From: an uncultured Acidobacteriota bacterium
Lineage (GTDB): Bacteria > Acidobacteriota > Vicinamibacteria > Vicinamibacterales > UBA2999
Direction of reading: 5' to 3'
NCBI GenBank assembly: GCA_963728305.1
Contig: CAVSKE010000040.1
Span: 168,752-232,751, forward strand
DNA length: 64,000 bases
Shown here: piece after piece, positions 11,320-23,194 of the stretch
How positions within the stretch are numbered: position 1 is the stretch's first letter
Layout: every line of letters starts with the position of its first letter
The notes under the pieces: generated by a model
Database searches by the model: none
What the model was told of the DNA's origin: nothing
What the model saw: only the letters and a program-made list of their open reading frames with translations
Made by a program: the position numbers and the translations under genes

Positions 11320-11352
11320 GCGCCGGCGGCTGGATTCTCCCAGCCCGCCGGC
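11320..11352 (-). terminator. Stem-loop downstream of katG (probable intrinsic terminator)
   Basis: GCGCCGGCGGCTGG-ATTCTC-CCAGC(C)CGCCGGC forms a 12-bp GC-rich stem with one bulge. On the katG sense strand it is followed by GTTTCTGT. It lies 17 nt after the katG stop. Confidence 0.55.
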
Positions 11353-11368
11353 CTGTCCACTCAGTGAA

Positions 11369-13615
<2,247 letters not shown>

Positions 13616-13640
13616 CTACAGTGATTGGAATGCGGCCCGG

Positions 13641-14174
13641 TTACCTGGTCCGCGGGCTTCTCTTCGCGGTCCGTTGATGGGACCGTTGGGACTTCGGTGA
13701 TTGGGCGCCGCCGGCTTGACGACGTCGCGCCGATGCGGTGGAACGGGATCGCGGTTGAGACTTCGCGACACAGTCTGGACACCGCCCCCAGTAAGCGACC
13801 TCGGCTTCGTCGATCTCGTAGCCGTTGTCGTCGGCCGCTGTGAGACAGGGCGCGGAGCCGACCGCGCAATCGATATCGACGACGCGGCCACAGACTCGAC
13901 AGATCAAATGGTGGTGGTTATCGCCCACCCTATCCTCATAGCGAGCCGGTGATCCGGCCGGCTGAATGCGCCGAATCAGGTGCTCGGCAACCAGGACACC
14001 GAGTGCGTCGTACACCGACTGGAGCGAGATGGCACCAATCTCGGCCCTCACAGCCTCGGCCACTGCCTCGGCCGTTATGTGGGGCTGACCTGATACCGCC
14101 CGCAACACAGCCAATCGCTGCGCAGTGACCTGGATACCACGTTGTCGAAGGACGTCGGCGGGGTCGGTGACCAC
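13641..14174 (-). CDS. furA: Fur-family transcriptional regulator immediately upstream of katG (FurA/PerR-like), with an unusual ~40-aa basic C-terminal tail
   Basis: 177-aa ORF starting at [33 protein letters not shown] (winged helix), [16 protein letters not shown] and GRCPDC (two CxxC pairs). It then continues [41 protein letters not shown]. Only 37 nt separate it from the katG start. Confidence 0.85.
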   Translation of the reverse strand: MVTDPADVLRQRGIQVTAQRLAVLRAVSGQPHITAEAVAEAVRAEIGAISLQSVYDALGVLVAEHLIRRIQPAGSPARYEDRVGDNHHHLICRVCGRVVDIDCAVGSAPCLTAADDNGYEIDEAEVAYWGRCPDCVAKSQPRSRSTASARRRQAGGAQSPKSQRSHQRTAKRSPRTR

Positions 14175-14188
14175 AGAAACATCTTAGA

Positions 14189-14212
14189 TCCAATAGTTGA
14201 ACGACTCCAATA
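14189..14212 (-). promoter_or_regulatory. AT-rich direct repeat (TCCAATA x2, 17-bp period) just upstream of furA: candidate promoter/operator
   Basis: TCCAATA occurs at 14189-14195 and at 14206-14212, inside the only AT-rich stretch of the furA 5' region, 15-38 nt upstream of GTG 14174. A TAAGAT -10-like hexamer is on the sense strand nearby. The function is inferred only. Confidence 0.3.
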
Positions 14213-14249
14213 TTTGGGCATCACAGCGGAGTCGGTGCAACCACGCGCT

Positions 14250-14266
14250 CTACCTCGATGGAGGGA
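14250..14266 (+). promoter_or_regulatory. CTACCYC-N5-AGGKA element, site 4 (upstream of the NTF2/SnoaL-like gene)
   Basis: CTACCTC-GATGG-AGGGA, 88 nt upstream of ATG 14355. TAATAG (14291-14296) follows after 24 nt. Confidence 0.35.
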
Positions 14267-14354
14267 TTCGCAACCAACCTCCCGCGTTGGTAATAGAAAG
14301 GTGCGCGGCCGAGGAGTTATAGTCGCCGCGACTCGTCACGCTGAAAGGTCCACC

Positions 14355-16482
14355 ATGACCACCGTGTTCCCGTTGCGCCGACTGACATCCAGCGGGCTTG
14401 CACTGCTCGTAGCGCTCGGCGCCATCCACGTCGTCGTCGCCGACGACACCGACTCGAGCATGAGCCCTGCCGTACGCGTCCACCGGCTGGCGCAGAACGT
14501 TGAACGCGCTGAGTCCGTGCGAGCCGTGAAGAGGGTACAGGAGACGTACGCGCAGTATTCGCAGTTCGGGCTGTGGACCGAGATGGCAGCGCTGTTCACT
14601 GACAACGCCCAGCTGTCGTACGGCAAGGACAACGAACACGGACGCCAGGCCATCCAGCAACTACTTCCTCACCAGGTTCGGCGAGGGCACGCACGGCCTC
14701 AAGCCCGGCGGCCTGCACACGCAGATGGTCCTGCGGCCGCTCATCAACGTCTCGGCCGACGGCCAGAGCGCGAAGGGCCGCTGGTGGGAATTCTCGATGA
14801 CGGGTCAGCACGGTGTGAAGGCCGAGTGGGCGGCGGGCATCTTCGAGAACGAGTATGTGCGCGAGCGCGGCGTATGGAAGATCTCCCGCATGCGCTACAA
14901 CCAGATGTTCGCAGGCCCGTATGCGACCGGCTGGCGCAACATCGACGAGGACCAGAAGATTGTCCCCTACCACTTCACGCCAGACGAGACCGGAATCCCC
15001 GTCCCCGAACTGCCCGCGTCAGTAATGACGCGGGTTGATCCGAAGATGAATCCGGCCACCGCGCTCACCGCTCTCGAGCAGCGCATCGCGCTGATGAACG
15101 ACGAGGACAAGGTTCGCAATCTGCAGAACGCTTACGGCTACTACATCGACCGGAAGATGTGGGACGACGTGACCGATCTGTTCACGGCCGATGGCGCACT
15201 GTCGATCGCCAACGTCGGAATCTATGACGGGCCGAAGAGCATCCGCCGCGCGCTCGAGCGGAGCGGCCCGGCCGGATTGAAGCAAGGACAGTTGAACGAG
15301 CTCATGCAACTGGACATGGCCGTTGCCATCGAGCCCGGCGGGATGGAAGCGCGGGCGCGGGGCCTCGAGTTCGGCATGCTCGGCGAGGCCGACAAAGGGA
15401 CGGCGTTCTACACGCTGGCCATCTTCGAGAATCGCTTCGTGAAGCAGAACGACATCTGGCGGATCCGGGAGATGCGGATCTTCCCGCTGATGAAGACGGA
15501 TTACGCGCAGGGCTGGGCGAAGAGCCAGGTGGTCGATCCACCGCCCGCGAAGGAGCACGCACCCGATCGGCCGGTGAAAGCCTCCGACGTGATGACACCT
15601 GGCGCGATCCCCGTCTTCTTCGCGCCGAACCCCGCCACGGGCAAGCCAGTGAGTCTGCCGTCCGGCACTAGGACGGTTGGCCACGAGCGTCTGCTGTCGG
15701 CGCCGGCGACGCCCAAACCTGTCGCGCCGTCTGGTGACCTCGAATCGAGGATCAAGGAGGCCGAGCGACGGCTCGCGGTCTCGAAAGCGTGGGATGGCGC
15801 CGAGAACATGAGCACCGCCTACGGCGACTACCTCGACGATCTCGACTTTGGCGGCCTCGGGAAGCTGTTCGCCCTGAAGGGCCACAAGGAGGTTCCATTC
15901 AGCGGCTTCTATGTGGGGCGCCAGCGCATCATCGATCGCGATGCGACGGCCCCGCCGCCCGGATCACGCCCGCGGGCGATGCTCCCCCTTCACTGGCGGA
16001 CCCAGCCTGTGATCCTGGTTGCCGAGGATGGACGCTCCGCGTCGATCCGCTCTCGACTCTTCCAGCCCGGTTCGGCCTACACACGCGCCATGGGTTTTGG
16101 CGGCGGCATGTATCACGATCAGGTCGTCCTCGAGAACGGCATCTGGAAGTTCTGGAGTGTCGTCATTGACGAGCACTACTTCTCGTCACCCACGTACGAG
16201 GGCGGCTGGTCCGCGGCCAGGCTCACGAAGCGCCAGCCGCCGGCACCAAACACTACGTACCCGCCCGACATCCCTCTCACCAGGCTCGGTGAGCGAGAGC
16301 GCGGTTTCCGCGGCGGCGTCGGCGACGAGATCGCCTGGCCCGGCATCCTGCCGATGTGGTTCCACTACAAGAACCCAGTGAGTGGACGCGTCCCCGAACT
16401 TTACTGGCCGGACTGCGTCCCCTGCGTGCAGTATCCCGAGACCAGCATGAAGAACCACGGCTACCTGCTGCCGCCGTCCTGA
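14355..16482 (+). CDS. Secreted multi-domain NTF2/SnoaL-like (nuclear transport factor 2 family) protein (one frame change near 14655)
   Basis: The N-terminus MTTVFPLRRLTSSGLALLVALGAIHVVVA is signal-like. Repeated SnoaL-like modules: VKRVQETYAQYSQFGLWTEMAALFTDNAQL..., VRNLQNAYGYYIDRKMWDDVTDLFTADGAL..., GDYLDDLDFGGLGKLFALKGHK... ORFs 14142-15038 and 14725-16482 join at ...GRQAIQQ / YFLTRFGEGTHGLKPGGLHTQMVL. Confidence 0.75.
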
Positions 16483-16489
16483 AGGTGGT

Positions 16490-16507
16490 GGGGTCAGATC
16501 TGACCCC
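16490..16507. terminator. Perfect 18-bp palindromic hairpin between convergent genes
   Basis: GGGGTCAGATCTGACCCC lies between the stop at 16482 (+) and the stop at 16522 (-). No T-tract. Confidence 0.4.
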
Positions 16508-16521
16508 ATGTCGGACAGCGG

Positions 16522-17547
16522 TCAGCGTACGGGCAGACCCAGCAAACGGGCTGGTGTCTCCTTGAACATCCGGCTCAGGTCCTCCTCGCTGAACCCGGCG
16601 GCCCGCAGGCTCTTGATCGCCATAGCCAGCGCATCCGGATGATTCGGCGTCCCGATCAGGCCGCTGTCGCTCGCGATGAAGACATTCTGAGTGCCCAGTG
16701 CGCGAATGGCTTCGAGGGCGCGCGTCTTCGGCGCTCCGTCCCGCGTCACGGTTCCTGCCGTAATCTCAATGGCGCCACCCAGCTTCACTGCCTCCTGCAT
16801 CTGCGGCAGTGACAGGCTCGTGAACTGCGGGCCCAGCATGGGATGGGTCACGATGATCTTCGTGATACCGCGCTTTCTGGCCTCGGTCATGATCATCGTC
16901 ACTTCCTCCGGCGTGACGTGCCCGGTAGCCAGGGCGAAATCGTGCTGCTTGATCAGGTCCAGAACCTCGAGCACTTCGGGAATCAGCCTGCCATTGCGCG
17001 AAACGAAGGCCTTGGCACGAGTCGCCTTCTCGTAGTCCACCTCGTGCTCGGAATCGTGGGTCGGCATCCAGACGATACGGCCGTAGCCGCCTTCCACATC
17101 AGCCAGGTAGCGGACGGCCTGCGGGTTGACGCCGCCGACCGGGGTATCGAGCGTGAGGCTGCCAAAGACCTCGATGCCCTGCGTGCCGTGCTTCCGAATG
17201 AGCTGCGCGAGACCCGCCGTCTCGGTCCAGTGGTTCTTCAGAACGATGGCCCGCAGCCCGCGCTCCTTCGCCAGCTTCGCGACTTCGAAGGCGTCCCACT
17301 GGCGAGGGTAGCTATCAGGACCGTGGTGCGCGTGCAGGTCGATGGCTCCCGTGAGGATCGGGTCGGTCAGCTTCTGGTCCACTGACGGTTTGGTCGGCCG
17401 CGTGCGGTAGGGTTCCCAGTGCGTCTTCGGCTGGGTCTTCGGGTCCGTCTGCGCCGACAGGGGCGCCCACCCGTATTGCACGCCGACCACTGCTGCGACA
17501 ACGGCGATGCACAGCACTCCCATCAGCAGCCATCTTTTCATCGTCAT
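16522..17547 (-). CDS. Membrane-anchored or secreted metal-dependent hydrolase-like protein (amidohydrolase/TIM-barrel type, HxH motif)
   Basis: ORF 16522-17640. The likely start is at MTMKRWLLMGVLCIAVVAAVVGV (17547 or 17541). AIDLHAHHGPDSYPRQWDAFEVAKLAKERGLRAIVLKNHW...IVWMPTHDSEHE...GHVTPEEV...IIVTHPM. The frame is intact. Confidence 0.7.
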   Translation of the reverse strand: MTMKRWLLMGVLCIAVVAAVVGVQYGWAPLSAQTDPKTQPKTHWEPYRTRPTKPSVDQKLTDPILTGAIDLHAHHGPDSYPRQWDAFEVAKLAKERGLRAIVLKNHWTETAGLAQLIRKHGTQGIEVFGSLTLDTPVGGVNPQAVRYLADVEGGYGRIVWMPTHDSEHEVDYEKATRAKAFVSRNGRLIPEVLEVLDLIKQHDFALATGHVTPEEVTMIMTEARKRGITKIIVTHPMLGPQFTSLSLPQMQEAVKLGGAIEITAGTVTRDGAPKTRALEAIRALGTQNVFIASDSGLIGTPNHPDALAMAIKSLRAAGFSEEDLSRMFKETPARLLGLPVR

Positions 17548-17670
17548 GCGACTCATCATCCTCTGACTCTGGGGACCGGCGTCCAACACGCCGGTGCGCG
17601 AACGGCGCGCCATCTTGGCAGACAGCGCGTTCGAGATCAACGCGCGCCTGGCGACAACCGGGTCGCCCAG

Positions 17671-17687
17671 CTACCTCTGTCGAGGGA
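17671..17687 (+). promoter_or_regulatory. CTACCYC-N5-AGGKA element, site 5 (upstream of the alpha/beta hydrolase gene)
   Basis: CTACCTC-TGTCG-AGGGA, 101 nt upstream of ATG 17789. GACAAT (17712-17717) follows after 24 nt. The site lies in the divergent intergenic region shared with the hydrolase gene that begins near 17547 (-). Confidence 0.35.
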
Positions 17688-17788
17688 TCGCATCCGCCCT
17701 CGCGTGTGGATGACAATAAGCGCCAGGCGTGGCCGAGGCGTAGAGACTACGGCAGCTTCTGGCGTCCGGTAGTGCAGTGGGAGCAAAC

Positions 17789-18823
17789 ATGCGTGAGATG
17801 AAGGACTGTCTTCTGGCGGCTTCCGTGATCACCGCTCTCGCAACCGGCTATGTGGCGGCGCAGAGTCAACGACAGACGGCCAGCGCACCCATCACGATCC
17901 AGAAGCAGGGCTCCTTCGCGGTGGGCGGAAAGATCCTCGGCGATCCCAACGCACGATCGCTTCACTGCGATCACGGCTACGTCGAGTACCAGATTCCGGT
18001 GAACCCGCGCCGGATCAATCTCGTGATGTGGCACAGCGCCGCGGCGACAGCGTGGCTGAATCGCTGGGACGGCGGTGAAGGTTACCGGAGTATCTTCTTG
18101 CGCCGCGGCTTCCCGGTCTACATCTGGGACGGCCCTCACGTCGGCCGCGCCAACTGGGGCTGCGCGGAGCACACCTACAAGCCGGGCGCCGGACGCGATC
18201 AGGGGAATTTCACCGCCTGGCGGTTCGGCACGGAGTACCCGAACTGGTTCGAGGGTGTGCAGTTCCCGACGAAGGATCCCGAGGCCTGGAACCAGGCGTC
18301 GCGCGCGCGCTACCTCGAGTTCGACACGGTCGAGAACGCGCAGATGCAGTCGGACGCCGCCGCGAAACTGATGGACAGGATCGGTCCGAGCGTCGCGCTC
18401 ACCAATTCCGCCGGCGGCATGCGCGCCATCCTGACGGCGCTCAAGACGAACAACATTGCCGGCATCGTGATGTACGAGAACGTCGGCTACGTCTATCCGC
18501 AGGGCGAGGGCCCAGGAGGGGCGGTCACCGGGTTCGGGCCCATAGAAGTGCCGCTCGAGGAGTTCAAGAAGCTGACGAAGATCCCGATGCAGGTTGTGTG
18601 GGGCGACAACGTGGATAAGTCGGCCAACTATACGAACAATCTCAAGAACTCGAGACTGTTCGCCGAGAAGGTCATCAAGTACGGCGGCAAGGCCCAGGTG
18701 CTGATGCTGCCCGACGCCGGTCTCAAGGGCAACACGCACATCCCCTTCGCCGACATGAACAACGTCGCCGTGGCGGATTTGCTCTCGAAGTTCCTCGCCG
18801 AGAACGGCCTGGACAAACGCTAG
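17789..18823 (+). CDS. Secreted alpha/beta-fold hydrolase
   Basis: ORF 17777-18823. ATG 17789 gives MREMKDCLLAASVITALATGYVAAQS, which looks like a signal peptide. ...NLVMWHSAAAT..., nucleophile-elbow-like LTNSAGGM, ...GNTHIPFADMN. The frame is intact. Confidence 0.75.
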   Translation: MREMKDCLLAASVITALATGYVAAQSQRQTASAPITIQKQGSFAVGGKILGDPNARSLHCDHGYVEYQIPVNPRRINLVMWHSAAATAWLNRWDGGEGYRSIFLRRGFPVYIWDGPHVGRANWGCAEHTYKPGAGRDQGNFTAWRFGTEYPNWFEGVQFPTKDPEAWNQASRARYLEFDTVENAQMQSDAAAKLMDRIGPSVALTNSAGGMRAILTALKTNNIAGIVMYENVGYVYPQGEGPGGAVTGFGPIEVPLEEFKKLTKIPMQVVWGDNVDKSANYTNNLKNSRLFAEKVIKYGGKAQVLMLPDAGLKGNTHIPFADMNNVAVADLLSKFLAENGLDKR

Positions 18824-18858
18824 CGGACACCGCAGTCGGCTACACTGTCTTCATTCCT

Positions 18859-20406
18859 TTGGACGGGACGAGAACCGGCCGCTCGCCAGACGCCGCCCCA
18901 GTCGTTGTCGGTATTAGTGGCAGGCGGCGCAATCCCGCGGCCGCCGCTGCTGTCGGCGGGCGTCTGCTCGCATTCTGTGAACAAGAACGGCTGACGCGTA
19001 TTCGCGGAAGGCACCTCGAAGGCGGGGAGATGCCCGCGGAGGCCGTCACCGCCGTTCTGCGGCAAGCCGATGCCGCTCCCGAATCTGTGCTCGCGTACGT
19101 CGTCGCCGAGGAGGGACTGTCGGTCACTGCCGGCCTGCCGTCGTTGCAGTTGGACCACCATCACGGACATGCGGCCACGGCATTTCTGACCTCGCCGTTC
19201 GAGACGGCAGCTATCCTGGTGTGCGACCAGAACTCAGACGCGCAAGTGAGCGTCTGGCGTGGCCACGGCAACGAGGTCGTCAGGCAGCATTGGCCGTGGA
19301 GCGGTTCGGGCTTCGCATCGCTGTTCACCCAGTGCGCGCAGATCTTCGGCTTCGGCCATGGGCAAGAGCATCGACTCGAAGCGCTGGCCAGACTCGATGC
19401 CGGCGCGGAGTCGCATCGATTCCGCGACGCGTTCAGATACGGCAACGGTTCGCTGCACGTCGACCCTCAGTGGACGAATACGATCACGGACTGGCTGCAC
19501 AAGGACGGCCCGCAGTGGCCGGTCGAGCACGCAACACGTGTTGCGGCAGCTTTCCAGTGCGCCCTTGGTGATGCCCTCGTGATGTTGATCGCCGACATCC
19601 GAACGTTGACAGGTGCGACACATCTCTGCCTTGGTGGCGGGCTGTTCTACAACACGTACTTCAACACCCGCGTCGCCATGTCGGGCATGTTCGACCAGGT
19701 GTTCGTCCCGCCGAACCCGGGGAACGCCGGTATCGCTGCCGGCGCTGCGCTGTCGCTCGGCGCCAGAGCGAGCGGCCCTCGCGAGGCGGTGTCCCCGTTT
19801 CTTGGTCCTGAGTACTCGACGGAAGAAATCAAGGCGACGCTGGACAACTGCAAGTTGTCGTACGAATGCTGTTCATACGACGAGCTAATTGACTCGTGCG
19901 TGCGTGATCTGCTCGCGGGTCGACTGGTCGGCTGGTTCCACGGACGAATGGAGTGGGGTCATCGAGCGCTGGGCAACCGCAGCATTCTGGCGAATCCATT
20001 GTCGCCGTACGTACTCGACAACCTGAACGTCTTCCTGAAACAACGGGAGCGGCGCCGCGCATACGGACTGTCCGTCTGCGAGGAACAGCTCGGCCAGCAT
20101 TTCGAAGGCCCGTTACGCTCTGCGTGGATGGAATACGAGTATCGCGTGAAGGATACGGGTCTGTTTCGGCACGTCCTCCCCGCAGGCGCTGCGCCGCTCC
20201 GTGTTCAGACCGTAGATCAGGCGCCGTCTCTGTTCAGGCAGCTCCATCTGGCGTTCGCCGCGGCCAGCGGAACGGGCGTGCTTGTGAACACCTCGTTCAA
20301 CGGGTTCTCCGAGCCCATTGTCTGTTCACCTCGAGACGCAATCCGGGTCTTCTACGGCACTGGTCTCGACGTGCTCGTGCTCGGAAGATTCGTTCTTCGG
20401 AAGTAA
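18859..20406 (+). CDS. Carbamoyltransferase (NodU/CmcH family)
   Basis: Intact 515-aa ORF with a TTG start. VVGISG...LLAFCEQERLTRIRG, LDHHHGHAATAF, HLCLGGGLFYNTYFN, PPNPGNAGIAAGAAL, VGWFHGRMEWGHRALGNRSILANP, VNTSFNGFSEPIVCSPRDAIRVFYGTGLDVLVLGRFVLRK. Confidence 0.88.
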   Translation: MDGTRTGRSPDAAPVVVGISGRRRNPAAAAAVGGRLLAFCEQERLTRIRGRHLEGGEMPAEAVTAVLRQADAAPESVLAYVVAEEGLSVTAGLPSLQLDHHHGHAATAFLTSPFETAAILVCDQNSDAQVSVWRGHGNEVVRQHWPWSGSGFASLFTQCAQIFGFGHGQEHRLEALARLDAGAESHRFRDAFRYGNGSLHVDPQWTNTITDWLHKDGPQWPVEHATRVAAAFQCALGDALVMLIADIRTLTGATHLCLGGGLFYNTYFNTRVAMSGMFDQVFVPPNPGNAGIAAGAALSLGARASGPREAVSPFLGPEYSTEEIKATLDNCKLSYECCSYDELIDSCVRDLLAGRLVGWFHGRMEWGHRALGNRSILANPLSPYVLDNLNVFLKQRERRRAYGLSVCEEQLGQHFEGPLRSAWMEYEYRVKDTGLFRHVLPAGAAPLRVQTVDQAPSLFRQLHLAFAAASGTGVLVNTSFNGFSEPIVCSPRDAIRVFYGTGLDVLVLGRFVLRK

Positions 20407-21345
20407 CGACGCGGTTAGCGAGGCCGGCGGGGATCGGCGCCAAGCCCTCGGCGCGTGATCAAGGTGTCGCGTCTTCCGACCGATCAGCATCGTCGCGACG
20501 ACGCGATCAGCACCAAGCTCGCTCATCGCGTTCCCGACAACCGGAAACGGAGTCGACGAGTCGATGACGAAAACCGCGCCCTGCACAAGAGTGGCGAGCG
20601 CCAGCTGCGCGTCCGCGGGAGCGTCCACGAGCACCCAGTCATAGCGCGCGGCGCACTGCCCGAGCAGTGTTGAAATTCGCTCGCTCGCGAGTGCGGGCGT
20701 GTGCTCACCCGAGGAGCCTGCGGGCAGCACGTCGACGAGTGGAGTGACGCGATGAAGCGGGATGCCGCTTCCTCCACGGAGCACGTCGGCAAGACCCATG
20801 TTGTTGCCACATTTTGCCAGCTCGTGCACGCGTGGGCGGCGCATGTCCGCATCGATCAGTAGCACGTGGCGCCCGGACTGGTTTGCCAGCGCCAGCGCCA
20901 GACTGAGAGCAGCGCGTGTCCTGCCACCGGTTTCGTCGACGCTCGTCACCATCAGCGTCTTCAATTCGCGCTGCGCCCGGAGGTCGCGCAGATGCGCGGC
21001 CACGCGACGGCATCGCTGCACGAGGAGACTCGATCCTGGATCGACGATAACCCCGTCCCCCGCCCTCTGGAGCAGAGGTGCGCTTCCCTCGGCCGGCGGC
21101 TGCACGGCTGTCAATCGCGGCGCTGGGACTTCGCTGGCCGACGAGGCGATCGGCGTGATCGAAGTTCCGGTATCGTCGCTCGACTGCCGGAACGCTGATG
21201 GCGCTGGCGCCACCGGGTCGACCGGCGTGTCGCTCTCCTTGGTCCCGGACTCCTTCGGGTACTCGTCGATGCTGATGAGAGCAGCGTCGTGGTCGACCGG
21301 TTGAAGGTTCTGTGCTCGCCTGAATGCCTGGTGGATACGACTCAT
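20326..21345 (-). CDS. BY-kinase-like (CpsD/CapB, PEP-CTERM-locus tyrosine-autokinase-like) P-loop protein with degenerate Walker A and no C-terminal Tyr cluster
   Basis: 339-aa ORF with GGAGGG before ATG 21345. N-terminus MSRIHQAFRRAQNL followed by a Pro/Ser-rich linker. The Walker A position reads LMVTSVDETGGRTRAALSLALALA (Val for Gly/Ala and Arg for Lys). Walker A' is HVLLIDADMRRPRVHEL. Walker B is YDWVLVDAPA. The 3' 81 bp overlap the convergent carbamoyltransferase gene. Confidence 0.7.
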   Translation of the reverse strand: MSRIHQAFRRAQNLQPVDHDAALISIDEYPKESGTKESDTPVDPVAPAPSAFRQSSDDTGTSITPIASSASEVPAPRLTAVQPPAEGSAPLLQRAGDGVIVDPGSSLLVQRCRRVAAHLRDLRAQRELKTLMVTSVDETGGRTRAALSLALALANQSGRHVLLIDADMRRPRVHELAKCGNNMGLADVLRGGSGIPLHRVTPLVDVLPAGSSGEHTPALASERISTLLGQCAARYDWVLVDAPADAQLALATLVQGAVFVIDSSTPFPVVGNAMSELGADRVVATMLIGRKTRHLDHAPRAWRRSPPASLTASLLPKNESSEHEHVETSAVEDPDCVSR

Positions 21346-21393
21346 TCACCCTCCGCAGCCCCGCTCGAATCCTCCGCAGCGCCGCTCGTCGTT

Positions 21394-22362
21394 CTACTTG
21401 AGCCCCGACCCGAACACGCTGAATCGCCGACGCATCGTCAGAGCCGGACGCTCGTCGGCAGATGCAGGCGTGTCAGCATGCCGCAGGACCAGATCAGGTT
21501 CTGCGACCGTCGTCGTTACCGGATCTGCGTGTTCCAGCTTCGTCCCCTGGCGCCGCAGCGCGAAATCGCGCGCGACCTCCTGCACGACGCTGCTGCCGAC
21601 GATTGGATCGCCAAGCGCCATCCCGGTGACCAATGCATTGTCAGCGAGGACGTTGATCGTGCGCGGTATCCCGCCCGAGTACTCGTGAATTAGCAGGACC
21701 GCATCCCTGGTGAACAGCCGGGACGGCACACCGCCCGCCAATTTCACGCGAGACGCGATGTAGGAAGCGGTTTCATTCCTCGTGAACGGCAAGATCTCGC
21801 AGCGAAGAGCGACTCGCTGCTTCAGCTGGCGGAGGGACGGTTCTTCGAGACGAAGCCCCAGTTCAGGCTGGCCGGCCAGAACCAGCGGCAGCAACTTCTG
21901 CCTCGCGGTCTCGATGTTGGCCAGCATGCGCACTTCCTCAAGCAGCTCAAAACTGAGCCGCTGCGCCTCATCGACGACAAGCGCGGTAATCACGCCGTTG
22001 GCGCGGGTCTCGCGAAGGTGTCGCTCGAGATGATCGATGAAGACCGCCTTGGAGCGTGCCGCCTCGGGTCTCAGTTCGAAACGGGTCGCGAGCGTGTTGA
22101 CGAACTCATCGCGAGTCAGCGACGGGTTGTTGAGGAATACGCATCGTACGTTGGAACAACGTTCTGACTCGACGGCGGTGCGAAGCAGCGTCGTTTTTCC
22201 GGTCCCCGCTTCGCCGATGAGGACGATGAGCGACTTCGCGGAGGTAAGGCCGTACTCCAGATTGCTGAGCGCTTCGCCGTGGCGCGAAGTCACAAACAGG
22301 AATTTGGGATCCGGCGTGAGCTCGAATGGGAGCTCTCGAAGACCATAGTGCTCTAGATACAT
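21394..22362 (-). CDS. ExeA/GspA-like AAA ATPase (PEP-CTERM-locus putative secretion ATPase type)
   Basis: ATG 22362 gives MYLEHYGLRELPFELTPDPKFLF. Walker A is LIGEAGTGKTTLL and Walker B is LVVDEAQ. LLPLVLAGQPEL...LKQRVALRCEILPF. No C-terminal peptidoglycan-binding domain. The frame is intact. Confidence 0.82.
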   Translation of the reverse strand: MYLEHYGLRELPFELTPDPKFLFVTSRHGEALSNLEYGLTSAKSLIVLIGEAGTGKTTLLRTAVESERCSNVRCVFLNNPSLTRDEFVNTLATRFELRPEAARSKAVFIDHLERHLRETRANGVITALVVDEAQRLSFELLEEVRMLANIETARQKLLPLVLAGQPELGLRLEEPSLRQLKQRVALRCEILPFTRNETASYIASRVKLAGGVPSRLFTRDAVLLIHEYSGGIPRTINVLADNALVTGMALGDPIVGSSVVQEVARDFALRRQGTKLEHADPVTTTVAEPDLVLRHADTPASADERPALTMRRRFSVFGSGLK

Positions 22363-22497
22363 GCCGATGCCGTGCTCTGATCGAATGGGTTTATAGTAGG
22401 AAAGGCAGGCTATCACACCCGCGGCTGCCGCGCGACCACCAGTTTCGTTAGAAATCCTGCCATTCTGCGGTTTTCAGCGGTGCGCGGTCACGCGCGC

Positions 22498-23085
22498 ATG
22501 GGAGGTCTTCTGCGTTTCATTGAAACAGCGCTCGGTGGCGCTTACACGATTGAAATCGAGCCTCGCGGGGACGAGCGCGGCTTCTTCGCACGCGCGTTCT
22601 GCCAACGGGAGTTCGAAGCGCACGGTCTCGAGACGCGCATCGCGCAGACGAACATCTCGTTCAACTATCGGAAGGGAACGATCCGCGGGCTGCATTTTCA
22701 GTTTCCGCCGGCCGCCGAAGCGAAGCTTGTGCGATGCAGCCGCGGCGCCATCCTCGACGTGATCGTGGATTTGCGGCCCGAATCGCCCACCTATCTGCAG
22801 CACTTCGCCGCGGAACTGACGGCCGAGAACCGGCGCGCTTTGTACGTGCCGCAACGGTTCGCCCACGGATACCAGGTGCTCGAGGCAGACTCCGAGACGA
22901 CCTACTATGTCAGCGAGTTCTACACGCCCTCGATCGAGAGTGGGTTGAGATTCAGCGATCCGCGGCTGGCGATCGCCTGGCCCCTGCCGCCGACCGATAT
23001 GTCGCCGAAGGACAAGGAATGGCCACTGCTCGAGGAGATTGAGGCATTACTGCGCAAGCGCATGCAGGCAAGCGTCGTAACGTGA
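22498..23085 (+). CDS. rfbC: dTDP-4-dehydrorhamnose 3,5-epimerase
   Basis: FIETALGGAYTIEIEPRGDERGFFARAF...GTIRGLHFQFPPAAEAKLVRCSRGAILDVIVDLR...ALYVPQRFAHGYQVLEADSETTYYVSEFY. The frame is intact and is followed by a canonical terminator. Confidence 0.9.
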   Translation: MGGLLRFIETALGGAYTIEIEPRGDERGFFARAFCQREFEAHGLETRIAQTNISFNYRKGTIRGLHFQFPPAAEAKLVRCSRGAILDVIVDLRPESPTYLQHFAAELTAENRRALYVPQRFAHGYQVLEADSETTYYVSEFYTPSIESGLRFSDPRLAIAWPLPPTDMSPKDKEWPLLEEIEALLRKRMQASVVT

Positions 23086-23113
23086 AAGACGCGTCGAGCA
23101 AGTCGTACAACGA

Positions 23114-23142
23114 GGCGGACCGGGAGGTCCGCCTTTTCGTTT
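23114..23142 (+). terminator. Rho-independent terminator of rfbC
   Basis: GGCGGACC-GGGA-GGTCCGCC followed by TTTTCGTTT. Confidence 0.75.
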
Positions 23143-23194
23143 CCACCTTGTCGCTCCACGCTCGTAGGAGTCGCACACCCGTACGCTCACAGAG

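Noticed and set aside
13641-13770. Basic C-terminal tail of the Fur-family protein as a separate small gene or an overlapping ORF (13600-13869, 13616-13891)
   Set aside because: No independent start or SD sequence. All three frames are open here because of the GC content. I kept it as part of furA and flagged it as a possible frameshift artefact.
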